32,771 bases of DNA, from the IMG/VR virus record IMGVR_UViG_3300020393_000015, positions 1 to 32,771 of that record; one strand, 5' to 3'. A program made the translations under genes and the position numbers. The notes below the pieces were generated by a model, which saw only the letters and a list, made by a program, of their open reading frames with translations, had not been told where the DNA came from and made no database searches. How positions within the stretch are numbered: position 1 is the first letter of the stretch; each line of letters starts with the position of its first letter. Shown here piece by piece: positions 18,462 to 27,904 of the stretch. The stretch comes from a virus. Taxonomy: Duplodnaviria; Caudoviricetes.

Positions 18462-19069
18462 ATTTATTAAGAAACATGATGAAAGAAGTTAGAGAAAATA
18501 AAGACTTCTTGGACAGCATGAGTCCTAATCAGTTTCTATCCAAAACAGCATTGGTTAAACATATCACTAACTTGGATATTTTAAACAAAGACTCACACAT
18601 AGTAATATGGGGCAGTTGGTACGGTAGTATTCTCGTGCCTGCCCTATATGATAAAGTGGGAAAGATCACCTGCATAGATATGGATCCAAAAGTAATCAGC
18701 ATTGCAAAACATAGAATATTTGAAGATTATGATGTAGAATGGATCACAGATGATATATTCAACAACTGGCGTGATTGGTATAAAAATGTAGATTTGTTCA
18801 TAAACACTTCTTGCGAACACATGAAGTCAATGAAAGAATGGGGACCTGCACCACAGTATAAAAATCCTTGGTGGACTAGAGTAAAGCCAAACTGCCATTT
18901 TGCATTTCAATCTAATAATATGTTTAGTATAGAAGATCACACTAACTGTGTCAACAGCAATGAAGAATTTAAAAATCAATTGCCTGCTAATGCGGAAGTG
19001 CTTATTGAATCAGAAATAAAAGAAGAGCGAGGAACTCGCTTCATGTTGATAGGAAAAATTATCTCTTAA
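18452..19069 (+). CDS. Class I SAM-dependent methyltransferase-like protein
   Basis: IVIWGSWYG (motif I), ITCIDMDP (motif II), DLFINTSCEHM. Confidence 0.7.
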   Translation: MDLNLLRNMMKEVRENKDFLDSMSPNQFLSKTALVKHITNLDILNKDSHIVIWGSWYGSILVPALYDKVGKITCIDMDPKVISIAKHRIFEDYDVEWITDDIFNNWRDWYKNVDLFINTSCEHMKSMKEWGPAPQYKNPWWTRVKPNCHFAFQSNNMFSIEDHTNCVNSNEEFKNQLPANAEVLIESEIKEERGTRFMLIGKIIS

Positions 19070-19955
19070 AACGTCTTGGTGTATTCACATACACCTGTTT
19101 GAACCATTTGCTTTGTTGTGGCTCTAAAGGTTGCACCCCTATATTGACTCCAATATCTATTAGTGCTTCGCTGTATGTTTTCATTTTTTCTTGTATGTTG
19201 GTATCTGCTTTATTCTTTTCCCACATACTATTCAATTCTTTAAAATCTCTAGTGATATTAGTGTCCCAGTCGGTACACATTGTTAAGTAAGAACCTTGTC
19301 TCGCTCCATAACAACTCCACCAACCATTTTCTACATCAGTGCCTACATTCATCCAAATTAATAATTTTTGTAAATTTTTGTGCCATATGTCAGTATTGAT
19401 GTTTGCAACTTTTTTACCTCTACTTAAACTCATCTTTACACCTTCTCTAAAACCTGCTCTCCACGCCTGGGAAGGGGTAGAATTTATTATGCTAGTAGAA
19501 TAGCAATCATTTAATTGATAATATTTGTCAAAGTAACAAAATTCAATTTGTGTTTCGTCAGAGCCGTCTGAATTTTCATGTGTTTTCATGTTTCGAACAA
19601 AATCTTTGGTCCACATTTTTAAACTGCCATTGCCATATTTTAAACCATTTACATTTATGTTGCCGCACCAACTAAACTGATAATCGTCATCAAGACCCAT
19701 TGCAGTTGTGTCTAATTCTACATTCATAAACTTAGGGTCAACAATAGTATCTCCATCCACAGTGATAAAATGTTTTGTGTCGGACAATTCAGCACAGGCT
19801 TTATGAGCCGCATCTGTACCATCTACTCCATGCACACGTTTTGCCCAAGGTATAATTCTTTTCAAATTAGCATAATTTTTTTCTGCATTTTGCTCATCGT
19901 AACTTAGAAATACAAAATCCTGCTCTGCTACTTTTATTATATTACGCGAAATCAT
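19059..19955 (-). CDS. GT-A-fold glycosyltransferase-like protein
   Basis: FVFLSYDE, RVHGVDG..AAH, FITVDGD (DxD); AWRAGFREGVK motif shared with the neighbour. Confidence 0.65.
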   Translation of the reverse strand: MISRNIIKVAEQDFVFLSYDEQNAEKNYANLKRIIPWAKRVHGVDGTDAAHKACAELSDTKHFITVDGDTIVDPKFMNVELDTTAMGLDDDYQFSWCGNINVNGLKYGNGSLKMWTKDFVRNMKTHENSDGSDETQIEFCYFDKYYQLNDCYSTSIINSTPSQAWRAGFREGVKMSLSRGKKVANINTDIWHKNLQKLLIWMNVGTDVENGWWSCYGARQGSYLTMCTDWDTNITRDFKELNSMWEKNKADTNIQEKMKTYSEALIDIGVNIGVQPLEPQQSKWFKQVYVNTPRRFKR

Positions 19956-20622
19956 TTTTAAATTTATCTTCTAACCATTTGTAGTTGTTAATTAAATTCA
20001 TTTTATCTGTATTTTTATTTAATTCTCCAAACTGTCTGCCTGCCTTGGCTCCGGCTATTGCATATTGACCAAATGGTCTATCTGCGCCTTTAGTACACCA
20101 GGTATTCAATCTTTCTTCTGTTTCAGCATCAACTTGCCTATCTATTACTTTTGCACTTAATTTTGCACATTCTCTAAAGCCACTACGCCAAGCACTATAT
20201 TCATCTATGTTAAATTCTGCTACGTTGCTCACAGATGGTATTACTTTAAATTTGTCACTGATGCTGGTGCTCATGTCTATTGTTGTTAAATCCATGTGTC
20301 TAGTTAATAAAGTAGGAAATAATTTTACTCCACCATATCCATATTCTAAATCATTTACAGGATTACGACTGTGCCACACGTGAACAACATCTAAATTGTA
20401 TTTGTCTACTTTATAATCGAACTCAAACTCAGGAACAAGCATAGCATCTGCATCTACAACATACATCATTTCTGTTAATGCAATTTCAGATGCTTGTTGA
20501 TGTGCTTGATGTATTCCTTGTACTCCACTTATCCTATGAACGTTAGGCGCTTTTTGTTTGCATAATTCATAGTTTTTTTGTGCATTAGGTTCTTTTACGT
20601 CTATAAAAAACACATCATACAT
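19942..20622 (-). CDS. GT-A-fold glycosyltransferase-like protein, paralog of 19059-19955
   Basis: MYDVFFID start (20622), GVQGIHQAH, YVVDADA (DxD), YGYGGVKL, AWRSGFRECAKL. Confidence 0.65.
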   Translation of the reverse strand: MYDVFFIDVKEPNAQKNYELCKQKAPNVHRISGVQGIHQAHQQASEIALTEMMYVVDADAMLVPEFEFDYKVDKYNLDVVHVWHSRNPVNDLEYGYGGVKLFPTLLTRHMDLTTIDMSTSISDKFKVIPSVSNVAEFNIDEYSAWRSGFRECAKLSAKVIDRQVDAETEERLNTWCTKGADRPFGQYAIAGAKAGRQFGELNKNTDKMNLINNYKWLEDKFKNDFA

Positions 20623-21187
20623 GACTGTACTCCAACAATTTTCTACAATAAATTGTGTAACTGTCTTTTCCAATTCCTAAAGCGACCGTGATAGACTTCT
20701 CACACAAATCATAAAGATTTAAATTAATTGTTTTGTATAAAATACTGTGATCATTTTTTTTGCAAACAAAAAATCTATGTATACTATCTTTTTTAAAAGT
20801 GTCTTTAATTATTTTTTGCATTGGCGCAGTTGCACTAATACTTAATTCCGTACCTCGATGCTCAAATAGTATTTTTGCATCTGAATTGTTTATTTTAATT
20901 TTGTAAAAACTTTTATTAATTGTGTGTCTCTCATTTTTGGTTTGTACAGTTGGTGTAATTTTTACAGTGTTTATATAATTGTATTTTCCATCTTCAAAAA
21001 TTACTTTGTAAAATGTCATATTATCATTACCTGAATTTATATCTTGTGCTAAAGAATCAGGAATAGCAATAGAACTGTCTTGTTTATTGACACTCATGCT
21101 GTTAACCATGCCAGTATCTACATCAAAATGGAAATACCATTGATGTTGTATTTTGTCTACGCCAAACTGTAAGTCTTTTCTTTCCAT
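20615..21187 (-). CDS. Hypothetical protein (190 aa)
   Basis: ORF coupled within the glycosyltransferase operon. Confidence 0.7.
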   Translation of the reverse strand: MERKDLQFGVDKIQHQWYFHFDVDTGMVNSMSVNKQDSSIAIPDSLAQDINSGNDNMTFYKVIFEDGKYNYINTVKITPTVQTKNERHTINKSFYKIKINNSDAKILFEHRGTELSISATAPMQKIIKDTFKKDSIHRFFVCKKNDHSILYKTINLNLYDLCEKSITVALGIGKDSYTIYCRKLLEYSHV

Positions 21188-22005
21188 AAATTTTGTATTA
21201 TTTCTTTAAGTTCATTGGTTAAAAAATTATCTTGCACATAATGAAGCAGTTGTTTCTGTACCACATTATTAATTTTAATATTCAATTTGTTATCGTATGC
21301 AACAGGAATATCTTGCAACCAATTTTCCTCCACATTCCAGTTTTGCAATTTGGTTTTCATGTGCGTAAAGGTTAAATTAGGACTTGCTATTTTATTATTG
21401 TGTTTCATTATTTTACAAGTAATTGCTGTAGATACATCTAAACTGCACCACTGTTGTATATGTTCTATACAATATTTCCTTGCGTAGGCTTTGTAATTTT
21501 GCATCACCTCCGATAACACAGCGAAAAAATTATCATTGTATTTTGTTTTTTTAAAATAAAACATTCCGCAATATATGTTTGGCAAATTATTTTTTATAAA
21601 GGTTTTTCTATACAGGATATTTGTTTTGGCTTTTTCGCCTAAATAATTTTTTACTTCATTTGTAAAATATAAGTCTGTGTTACCTAATATGTTCCACCAA
21701 TAATCAATACTATCTAAACATAACATATCACTATCCAACACAATAGTTTCAGCATATGGACTTGCTTCATATATCTTGTGTCTATTTTGTATTTTCCAAT
21801 CTTGTGTATCTGCTTCATCTGTGCCAGGAATTCCAATTATCTTATCAAAATATTTGCGTTGCTCAGATGTTAACACACAATTAGTCATTAATGTAACGTT
21901 GTTAATCTTATTAAAAATTTTTATACTCTGCGACAGTGCTATTGCTTGACTTAGATAGTCTTTTTGTTCACCCGCTTGTACAAATATTAGATAACCTTTA
22001 TTCAT
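21157..22005 (-). CDS. GT8-like glycosyltransferase
   Basis: YLSQAIALSQSIK, SPYAETIVLDSDML (DxD), YCGMFYFKK, FTHMK, LHY. Confidence 0.72.
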   Translation of the reverse strand: MNKGYLIFVQAGEQKDYLSQAIALSQSIKIFNKINNVTLMTNCVLTSEQRKYFDKIIGIPGTDEADTQDWKIQNRHKIYEASPYAETIVLDSDMLCLDSIDYWWNILGNTDLYFTNEVKNYLGEKAKTNILYRKTFIKNNLPNIYCGMFYFKKTKYNDNFFAVLSEVMQNYKAYARKYCIEHIQQWCSLDVSTAITCKIMKHNNKIASPNLTFTHMKTKLQNWNVEENWLQDIPVAYDNKLNIKINNVVQKQLLHYVQDNFLTNELKEIIQNLWKEKTYSLA

Positions 22006-22834
22006 GTTCTTTTATTATCCTGTCTAAAGCAAATTTATTCATAACGTGCATATTAACATTTTTTATATTACATCTAAAAAAAGTGCCATCGTCTTTGGGT
22101 AAAGCAAATTCCCATTGCCTTGATTTGTAGGACAACACTTTATCTTTATCTGTTACATAAAATAGTTTTATTGGGAGACTTCGGTCATTTGGTCTCGCTG
22201 TGAAATTATTCATCATATGCATAGCAATGGTAAAAGCATAATCATTTCTATATTTTGTTTCAACAATGTTATATGCAAATCTGTAAAATTCATAATTTTT
22301 GTTTATGTGTTTTAGTAGTTCAAAAAAATCACTTGTCCATTTGGTTTTTTTAAAATAAAAGCAAGTTGCCCAATACATTTTAATAAAATTATTCATGTAT
22401 TCAATACGTAAATCTTTTCTGTGTTGCGAGTTAACGTATATGGATTCATTATTAATTAAAAAATCTTTATTACTTTCAAAGCATTTCAATAGATTGTTAT
22501 TATCAACAATTAAATCTGTATCCATCACAATAGTTTCTTTGAAAGGCGTAAGATCAAAACTGTTGATCCTACTATGATTATCCCATGTGACTTCTTTGTA
22601 ATCATCACCATCTAAAAATTTTCTTTTTTGTTTTGTGTTTGTGGGGTCAACTCTTATTACGTGTGAAAAATGTCTTCCTTCAGGATATTTTTTCACTCCT
22701 GTAGTTTCGGAAGTAATTAATGCCACAGGAAGATTTAAGTGTTTTTTTATTCGTTCAGCACAAAATATGGCTTGGGCAACATAGTTAATTGGAGCGGTAC
22801 CGTGAGCATGAAGTAATACACCTTTATCATGCAT
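21998..22834 (-). CDS. GT8-like glycosyltransferase, paralog of 21157-22005
   Basis: TPFKETIVMDTDLI (DxD), WATCFYFKK, RNDYAFTIA, HVMNK. Confidence 0.72.
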   Translation of the reverse strand: MHDKGVLLHAHGTAPINYVAQAIFCAERIKKHLNLPVALITSETTGVKKYPEGRHFSHVIRVDPTNTKQKRKFLDGDDYKEVTWDNHSRINSFDLTPFKETIVMDTDLIVDNNNLLKCFESNKDFLINNESIYVNSQHRKDLRIEYMNNFIKMYWATCFYFKKTKWTSDFFELLKHINKNYEFYRFAYNIVETKYRNDYAFTIAMHMMNNFTARPNDRSLPIKLFYVTDKDKVLSYKSRQWEFALPKDDGTFFRCNIKNVNMHVMNKFALDRIIKEHE

Positions 22835-23165
22835 CTAAATTTCCTCTTTGCTGTATTAATTTTGTGTACTCACTTTCATAGGTTCCTAATGCTTCTTGAT
22901 ACTTGGTAGACAATTTCATTAAAAAGTTTTCTGGATCTGCTACCTTGAAAGGTGTTTTAAAGTCATCCAATAATATAATTTTTTGTCTATTCAAATCCGC
23001 ATAACTTTTTACAGTTGCAATTAGTGTTGGAGTGACTGTGATTTGATGTCCGTGAAAATAAAAAATACTGTCTTCTTCAAATCGTCTCAGCAGTATTTCT
23101 TTTTGGTTTTCTATTACAGACAGTTTATCTGCGTGGTCAAGTATTTTTGATATTTTAGATTCCAT
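22827..23165 (-). CDS. Hypothetical protein (112 aa)
   Basis: First gene after the sigma70 promoter; overlaps the next gene. Confidence 0.75.
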   Translation of the reverse strand: MESKISKILDHADKLSVIENQKEILLRRFEEDSIFYFHGHQITVTPTLIATVKSYADLNRQKIILLDDFKTPFKVADPENFLMKLSTKYQEALGTYESEYTKLIQQRGNLDA

Positions 23166-23177
23166 AGTTTTGCAAGT

Positions 23178-23206
23178 ATTATAGCAAAATTTTTGGTGTC
23201 AGTCAA
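23178..23206 (-). promoter_or_regulatory. sigma70-type promoter with extended -10, driving the glycosyltransferase operon
   Basis: Minus strand TTGACT-GACACCAAAAATTTTGC(17)-TATAAT, including TGnTATAAT. Confidence 0.8.
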
Positions 23207-23210
23207 TGAA

Positions 23211-24125
23211 TTAGAGTGTGCTTCCTGTTGCTATTGTGAATGCTGGGTCTGGACCAACAACGTTGTTGACTGCTCGTTGATATTGTATAGATGCTGTTAA
23301 TGTACCATTTACATCCTCGTCTTGTGCCGCGCCTGAACCTGTTTGGTCACCAGCGTCTTCATCATTGAGTATAACTCTCACGTAAAGATTAGAAGTAGAT
23401 GTTTTTTGGACTACAATGTAATAATCATTTTCGGCATATACTCCCGAACCACCACCATTCATTTGACTGTACACTGTGTAATTTTGTCCTATGTTAAAAT
23501 CGAACCAACCTTGAGCAGTTGTTGTTCCTTCAGTACCGCTTTTTGTTGTTTCATTATAATTGATTGTAATTGTTCCTGCTGTTCCTAAAATGTTGTTTTT
23601 CCAGTCATTTGTTTTAGAACCACTACCACCTGTGATAGAAGTTGCAATTTTTAAAGTTCCACCTGAATTAAAAAAGTGTCTTGCTTCTGCTTCACTTGTG
23701 AAACTCATGTTGAATCTGTGTTCTATTGTACCATTCCAATTTGATGTTCTTGATTTTGTTACTGAGGAATTAAATTGTTGTAAACTTGTTACATCCGCAG
23801 TTAATCTGTTTGATGTAATGTTTGAAGCCAATGCTTCATATTGATCCCAACCTTTAAAATTAGTTGTATCGTTTTCAAAAATTAGTTCTCCAGCAACAAC
23901 TTCTTGTAATTGACCTGCTGTTGGATCTCCACCGTTTTGGTGTCTGTATGCTGTTCTTATGTCAGCAAACAAATTATTAATATCATTGGCTTGTACCAGA
24001 TCGCCAACGCTTACTTGTTGGCTGGCTAAATTTTGACCATAGCCTGAGTTAGCAGTTCCATTTCCAACAACTGCATCTACAGTTGCTCTCAAATTGTTAA
24101 ATCTTGTTGCTGTTATTATTGCCAT
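23211..24125 (-). CDS. Putative virion structural protein (tail/baseplate-associated)
   Basis: Gly/Thr/Ser/Asn-rich; GYGQ and ARHFFNSGG motifs; last gene of the structural operon; late motif upstream. Confidence 0.6.
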   Translation of the reverse strand: MAIITATRFNNLRATVDAVVGNGTANSGYGQNLASQQVSVGDLVQANDINNLFADIRTAYRHQNGGDPTAGQLQEVVAGELIFENDTTNFKGWDQYEALASNITSNRLTADVTSLQQFNSSVTKSRTSNWNGTIEHRFNMSFTSEAEARHFFNSGGTLKIATSITGGSGSKTNDWKNNILGTAGTITINYNETTKSGTEGTTTAQGWFDFNIGQNYTVYSQMNGGGSGVYAENDYYIVVQKTSTSNLYVRVILNDEDAGDQTGSGAAQDEDVNGTLTASIQYQRAVNNVVGPDPAFTIATGSTL

Positions 24126-24146
24126 TGTATTCTTCTTCTATTGAAA

Positions 24147-24154
24147 TATTTATA
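24147..24154 (-). promoter_or_regulatory. T4-type late promoter TATAAATA
   Basis: Exact match on the - strand, overlapping the stop of the upstream fibre gene. Confidence 0.5.
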
Positions 24155-25613
24155 ATTTAAGCATTACCTCGATATTTTTTATGGCAACATCTTCATTTGA
24201 TTCTAGTGCAAAGCCTACCAAATTTTCTCCATCAGTTGATGCTGTTCCGTCTACCGAAGCATAAACTTTGTCACCTTTTTTAACTGAACCAATTACTTTA
24301 ACAGGCACACGTCCTACCAAAGCAATAGATTGACCGTCTGCATCTTTGTTCATTAAAAATGCTGGATTTTCTGAAATTACTCCTAATGGTTGTCCATTTT
24401 CATCACAAGCAGTCATTTCTGCGGAACCTGATGTGTTAATAGTCATTACAGTTCCAACTTCGTATTTTTTATCTGTAGAATATTTTTCTGCCAAGTCTGC
24501 ATAGTTGGCTTGTGAAGCAATACCGTTGAATACCACCGCTGAAATGTTTCCTGCTGAATCACGTAATGGAGTTGTGTTTGCAACTGGACCTGTGTTACCA
24601 GCATAAGTTGTTCCACCTGCTAGTATACCTGTTGATGTATCTGCATTACCTTTGAATGCAGTGGCGTGCATTTCGTCCCATTTATTTGTTGCAGTACCTA
24701 CAGTTCTTACTCCAACTGTGCTTGGTTCGAAACCTTCACTTGTTATTCTTGCAATTTCAGTTACTGGTCCTGAAGCATTTACTTTGAAAACAATCTCGTC
24801 ACCAATTTCATTCCCAACGTGTACTTCATTGTCATTTTGTATATCAACTCTTAAATCTCCATCGTCACCTAGTAAAAATCCTGAATCTGAAAATCTTGCT
24901 AAACCTTGGAACACACTTCCGCCTGAAGTTAAAAATTCTGATGGAAGTTTGCCACCAAATCTTAATGAGTTAGAAGCAGTACCATGGTATTGATGATCTG
25001 TTGAAGTAATACCGTTTGTTGCGTTTTGTGTATTTTTTAAAGTTAAACCTTTTCTTATTACATCAAAACCTGTAATCACGTTGGCAGGATCTGCCGTTGA
25101 TACTGTGAATTCGTTTTGTGAAATAACATATATTACTTCATCATTTACAACTGCTTCAATAATTAATTGACTTGCACTTGTTGTATCAATAATTGTTCTA
25201 CTTCTTAATTGAGTAACAGAATCACCAACTCCTTGTGGACCAATTAAAGTAAATGAACTGCCGTTGTATGCGTATAATTGTTCATTAGAAGTGTCCCACC
25301 AAAAGTCACCTGTTACTAAACCTGAAGGTTGCGTTGCTGAAACTTCTGCACCACCTGTTGTTTTAAATTTTGTACCGTCGTAAAACTTTAATTTGTTTGA
25401 TCCTGCATCAAACCATAGTTGACCACTTACTGGTCTTGCTGGACTGTTAGAACTGGCAAATGATTCTAGTAAGTGTAAGAAGTTTTCGTTCTGAATTTCA
25501 CCGTAACCAGCATAATTTTTACCTACAAAACGTAGGCTGGTTGTCTGGTCTATTGTACCATCACTTACTGTGGATAATAAAGTTCCATCAAATTTGTTAA
25601 TTGTATATGCCAT
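24150..25613 (-). CDS. Tail fibre protein with C-terminal Peptidase_G2-like intramolecular chaperone domain
   Basis: Shared N-terminal module (GKNYAGYGE..NENFLHLLE, GQLWFD); C-terminal YADLAEKY...GVISENPAFLMN...GRVPVKVIG.VKKGD. Confidence 0.8.
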   Translation of the reverse strand: MAYTINKFDGTLLSTVSDGTIDQTTSLRFVGKNYAGYGEIQNENFLHLLESFASSNSPARPVSGQLWFDAGSNKLKFYDGTKFKTTGGAEVSATQPSGLVTGDFWWDTSNEQLYAYNGSSFTLIGPQGVGDSVTQLRSRTIIDTTSASQLIIEAVVNDEVIYVISQNEFTVSTADPANVITGFDVIRKGLTLKNTQNATNGITSTDHQYHGTASNSLRFGGKLPSEFLTSGGSVFQGLARFSDSGFLLGDDGDLRVDIQNDNEVHVGNEIGDEIVFKVNASGPVTEIARITSEGFEPSTVGVRTVGTATNKWDEMHATAFKGNADTSTGILAGGTTYAGNTGPVANTTPLRDSAGNISAVVFNGIASQANYADLAEKYSTDKKYEVGTVMTINTSGSAEMTACDENGQPLGVISENPAFLMNKDADGQSIALVGRVPVKVIGSVKKGDKVYASVDGTASTDGENLVGFALESNEDVAIKNIEVMLKL

Positions 25614-25631
25614 ATAATTGTTCTCTCCTTG

Positions 25632-25639
25632 TATTTATA
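25632..25639 (-). promoter_or_regulatory. T4-type late promoter TATAAATA followed by ribosome-binding site
   Basis: Minus strand TATAAATACAAGGAGAGAACAATTATATG. Confidence 0.65.
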
Positions 25640-25644
25640 ACAAA

Positions 25645-27903
25645 TTAATACGGAGTTGTAGGTGTAATTTCCTTATCAAACGCCCACTTTGTTACTCCAT
25701 CATTACTATCAACTACAACGCCAAATTGTAATAACTTTCTCACAGGTGTCATTGACATTGAACCTGCTAGATTATTAAATCCTAAACTTTCCACAACTGA
25801 TTTGTTTGAATTACCTAGCACAGGCACTCTTTCTATTGTACCACTGTTAGGAGTGTAATTGTTTATTAAATTCACTGCAGATGTGTCTAAATTAATAGTT
25901 AATGCAACAAATCCTGGAGGACTTAATAATTCTGCACTTACTATTGTAAATGTTGCGTTCAAGTTTGTGTTGTTACCAGCACCGTCATTGATCGCATCAA
26001 CATTGGCTCCTGATATTGTTACAGTTTCACCTGCTTCATAACCGTGAGCACTTGCACACACTATTTTAGTGTCTGATCCTAATTCAATAGATGCAATGGT
26101 TTGTGGATTAGCACTAATTGTTCTATCAACTGCAATAGTATTTGTATCAATTGCTGTGTCTAAATCTGCACTTGCTATTGTTACACCACCACCTGCTGAA
26201 AAATCTGTTGTTTGTACTCTAGCAAGAGTGCCTAATGCTCTTGGTGGAATTGAACTAGTACCTAATGCACTTGTATCTATTGATCCTTGTCCAGCACCTG
26301 CTCCTCTTGAATATCCTGCAACTGGGAATAAATCTTGTAAAATATCTGCAATACCTTGATAGTTGCTACCCAAGTCTTTGTTACCTAAACTTGATATATC
26401 TAATTGTAAACCAAGCACGGCTTTGCTGTCAACATAACCTTTGGTTGCCGCATCTGAAGAAGCAGATGGTTCGCCGAGACCTGTTATTCTTGCACTGCTT
26501 TGTATTTCAATTACATTAGTGTTTGCACCTAAACCTAAATTACCAGATGTTGTTGATATTATTTGATTGTCTACAGTCAAATTATCAACTGCTAAACTTG
26601 TCAACACACCTAAGTTTTGCAAACTTGAATTGACAACATTAGTTCCTAGTGTGTCTCCAGATAAAACATCATCCGCTCCCACTTTGAATGCTTTGCCTGT
26701 TGCAACACCCATGTTGATGTTTGATTCCCATCTCTCAGTGGCAACATTTGCATTGTATGAATATGTGAATGTTTTGTGGTTAGTTGATGTGGATAATAAT
26801 TCAAAACCTCCGCCATTAATGCCTGCGTCATCTAACACAGGTGCATTTAATTCATCAACACTTAATCCTATTGTTTTGTCTTTAACACGTAACTCGTCTA
26901 CTTCTATTGCTGTTTGGTTTCCTTCAACAGTTAAGTTTCCTGAAATTCTTACATCTCCAGCAACATCTAAATTAGCAGTTGGATTATCTTTCCATACACC
27001 AACATAACTTTGACTTGCATCAACGTGTAATGCTGTTTGTATTACACCCTGTCTGTCTGTTTTAAATTTAATATCACCGTTTGTTAAATTGTTTCTGATT
27101 GTTAATACACCAGATTCAACTTTGAACGATCCATCACCACTTGCACCAACTGTTATACCACCATTGTTTTGGACAGTAAGTGATCCTTGTGTAATATCAT
27201 CAACGTCATCTCTTAAAAAACTAGATGCATTTACTGTTTGATTATTGATTATTAATGCTTCTGCTTTTGTGGCAGTACCCACATACTTAAATGTATCATC
27301 TATTGCATTAAATCCTTTTTGTAGTGTTGCAGTTGGATTTGCATTTGTAACGAAAGCAGTTAGTAAGTCTCTATCACTTGTTGCTGGTGTAAACAAGACA
27401 TTAGAATATGCACCTGCTACTTGACCTTGCACATAGAACATTATCACTGTTCTTGTTTGGTTTTGTGTGTCTAACACACTTATACATTCAAAACCTGATT
27501 TGCCTTGTTCTTTTGTGTAAACAGGTCCTGCTAATATAGGATTTCCTGTTCCATCAAAGAAATATAATTGTTGTCTTGTGGTATCAATCCATAAATCTCC
27601 TGCAACTGCATTTGGAGTTTGTGGTGACAAAGTTGTACCACCACTGCTTGTGAATTGACTGCCATTGTAAATTTTTAATTTGTTTTCAGATGTGTCATAC
27701 CATAATTGACCTCTGATTGGATTTGCAGGTTCGTCTGAACTTGAAAAGTTTTCTAAAAGTTTAATAAAGTTTTCATTTAAAAATTCACCAAAGCCACTAT
27801 AATTTCTTCCTATAAGTGTTAAGTCACTACTTGTATTATCAACTGTGCCGTCAACTAGGTCAGTTAATATAGTTCCGTCTGTCTTGTTAAGTTTATATGA
27901 CAT
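25645..27903 (-). CDS. Tail fibre / baseplate-attached fibre protein
   Basis: Same N-terminal module; LDVAGD beta-repeats; DAATKGYVD neck motif; HGYEAGETVTISG domain. Confidence 0.78.
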   Translation of the reverse strand: MSYKLNKTDGTILTDLVDGTVDNTSSDLTLIGRNYSGFGEFLNENFIKLLENFSSSDEPANPIRGQLWYDTSENKLKIYNGSQFTSSGGTTLSPQTPNAVAGDLWIDTTRQQLYFFDGTGNPILAGPVYTKEQGKSGFECISVLDTQNQTRTVIMFYVQGQVAGAYSNVLFTPATSDRDLLTAFVTNANPTATLQKGFNAIDDTFKYVGTATKAEALIINNQTVNASSFLRDDVDDITQGSLTVQNNGGITVGASGDGSFKVESGVLTIRNNLTNGDIKFKTDRQGVIQTALHVDASQSYVGVWKDNPTANLDVAGDVRISGNLTVEGNQTAIEVDELRVKDKTIGLSVDELNAPVLDDAGINGGGFELLSTSTNHKTFTYSYNANVATERWESNINMGVATGKAFKVGADDVLSGDTLGTNVVNSSLQNLGVLTSLAVDNLTVDNQIISTTSGNLGLGANTNVIEIQSSARITGLGEPSASSDAATKGYVDSKAVLGLQLDISSLGNKDLGSNYQGIADILQDLFPVAGYSRGAGAGQGSIDTSALGTSSIPPRALGTLARVQTTDFSAGGGVTIASADLDTAIDTNTIAVDRTISANPQTIASIELGSDTKIVCASAHGYEAGETVTISGANVDAINDGAGNNTNLNATFTIVSAELLSPPGFVALTINLDTSAVNLINNYTPNSGTIERVPVLGNSNKSVVESLGFNNLAGSMSMTPVRKLLQFGVVVDSNDGVTKWAFDKEITPTTPY

Positions 27904-27904
27904 A

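Noticed and set aside
6360-23165. Island as a bacterial LPS/capsule locus or host contamination
   Set aside because: There are no transport, polymerase or sugar-activation genes, and it shares the GCWGC/AGCT avoidance, promoter motifs and compact overlaps of the flanking phage genes.
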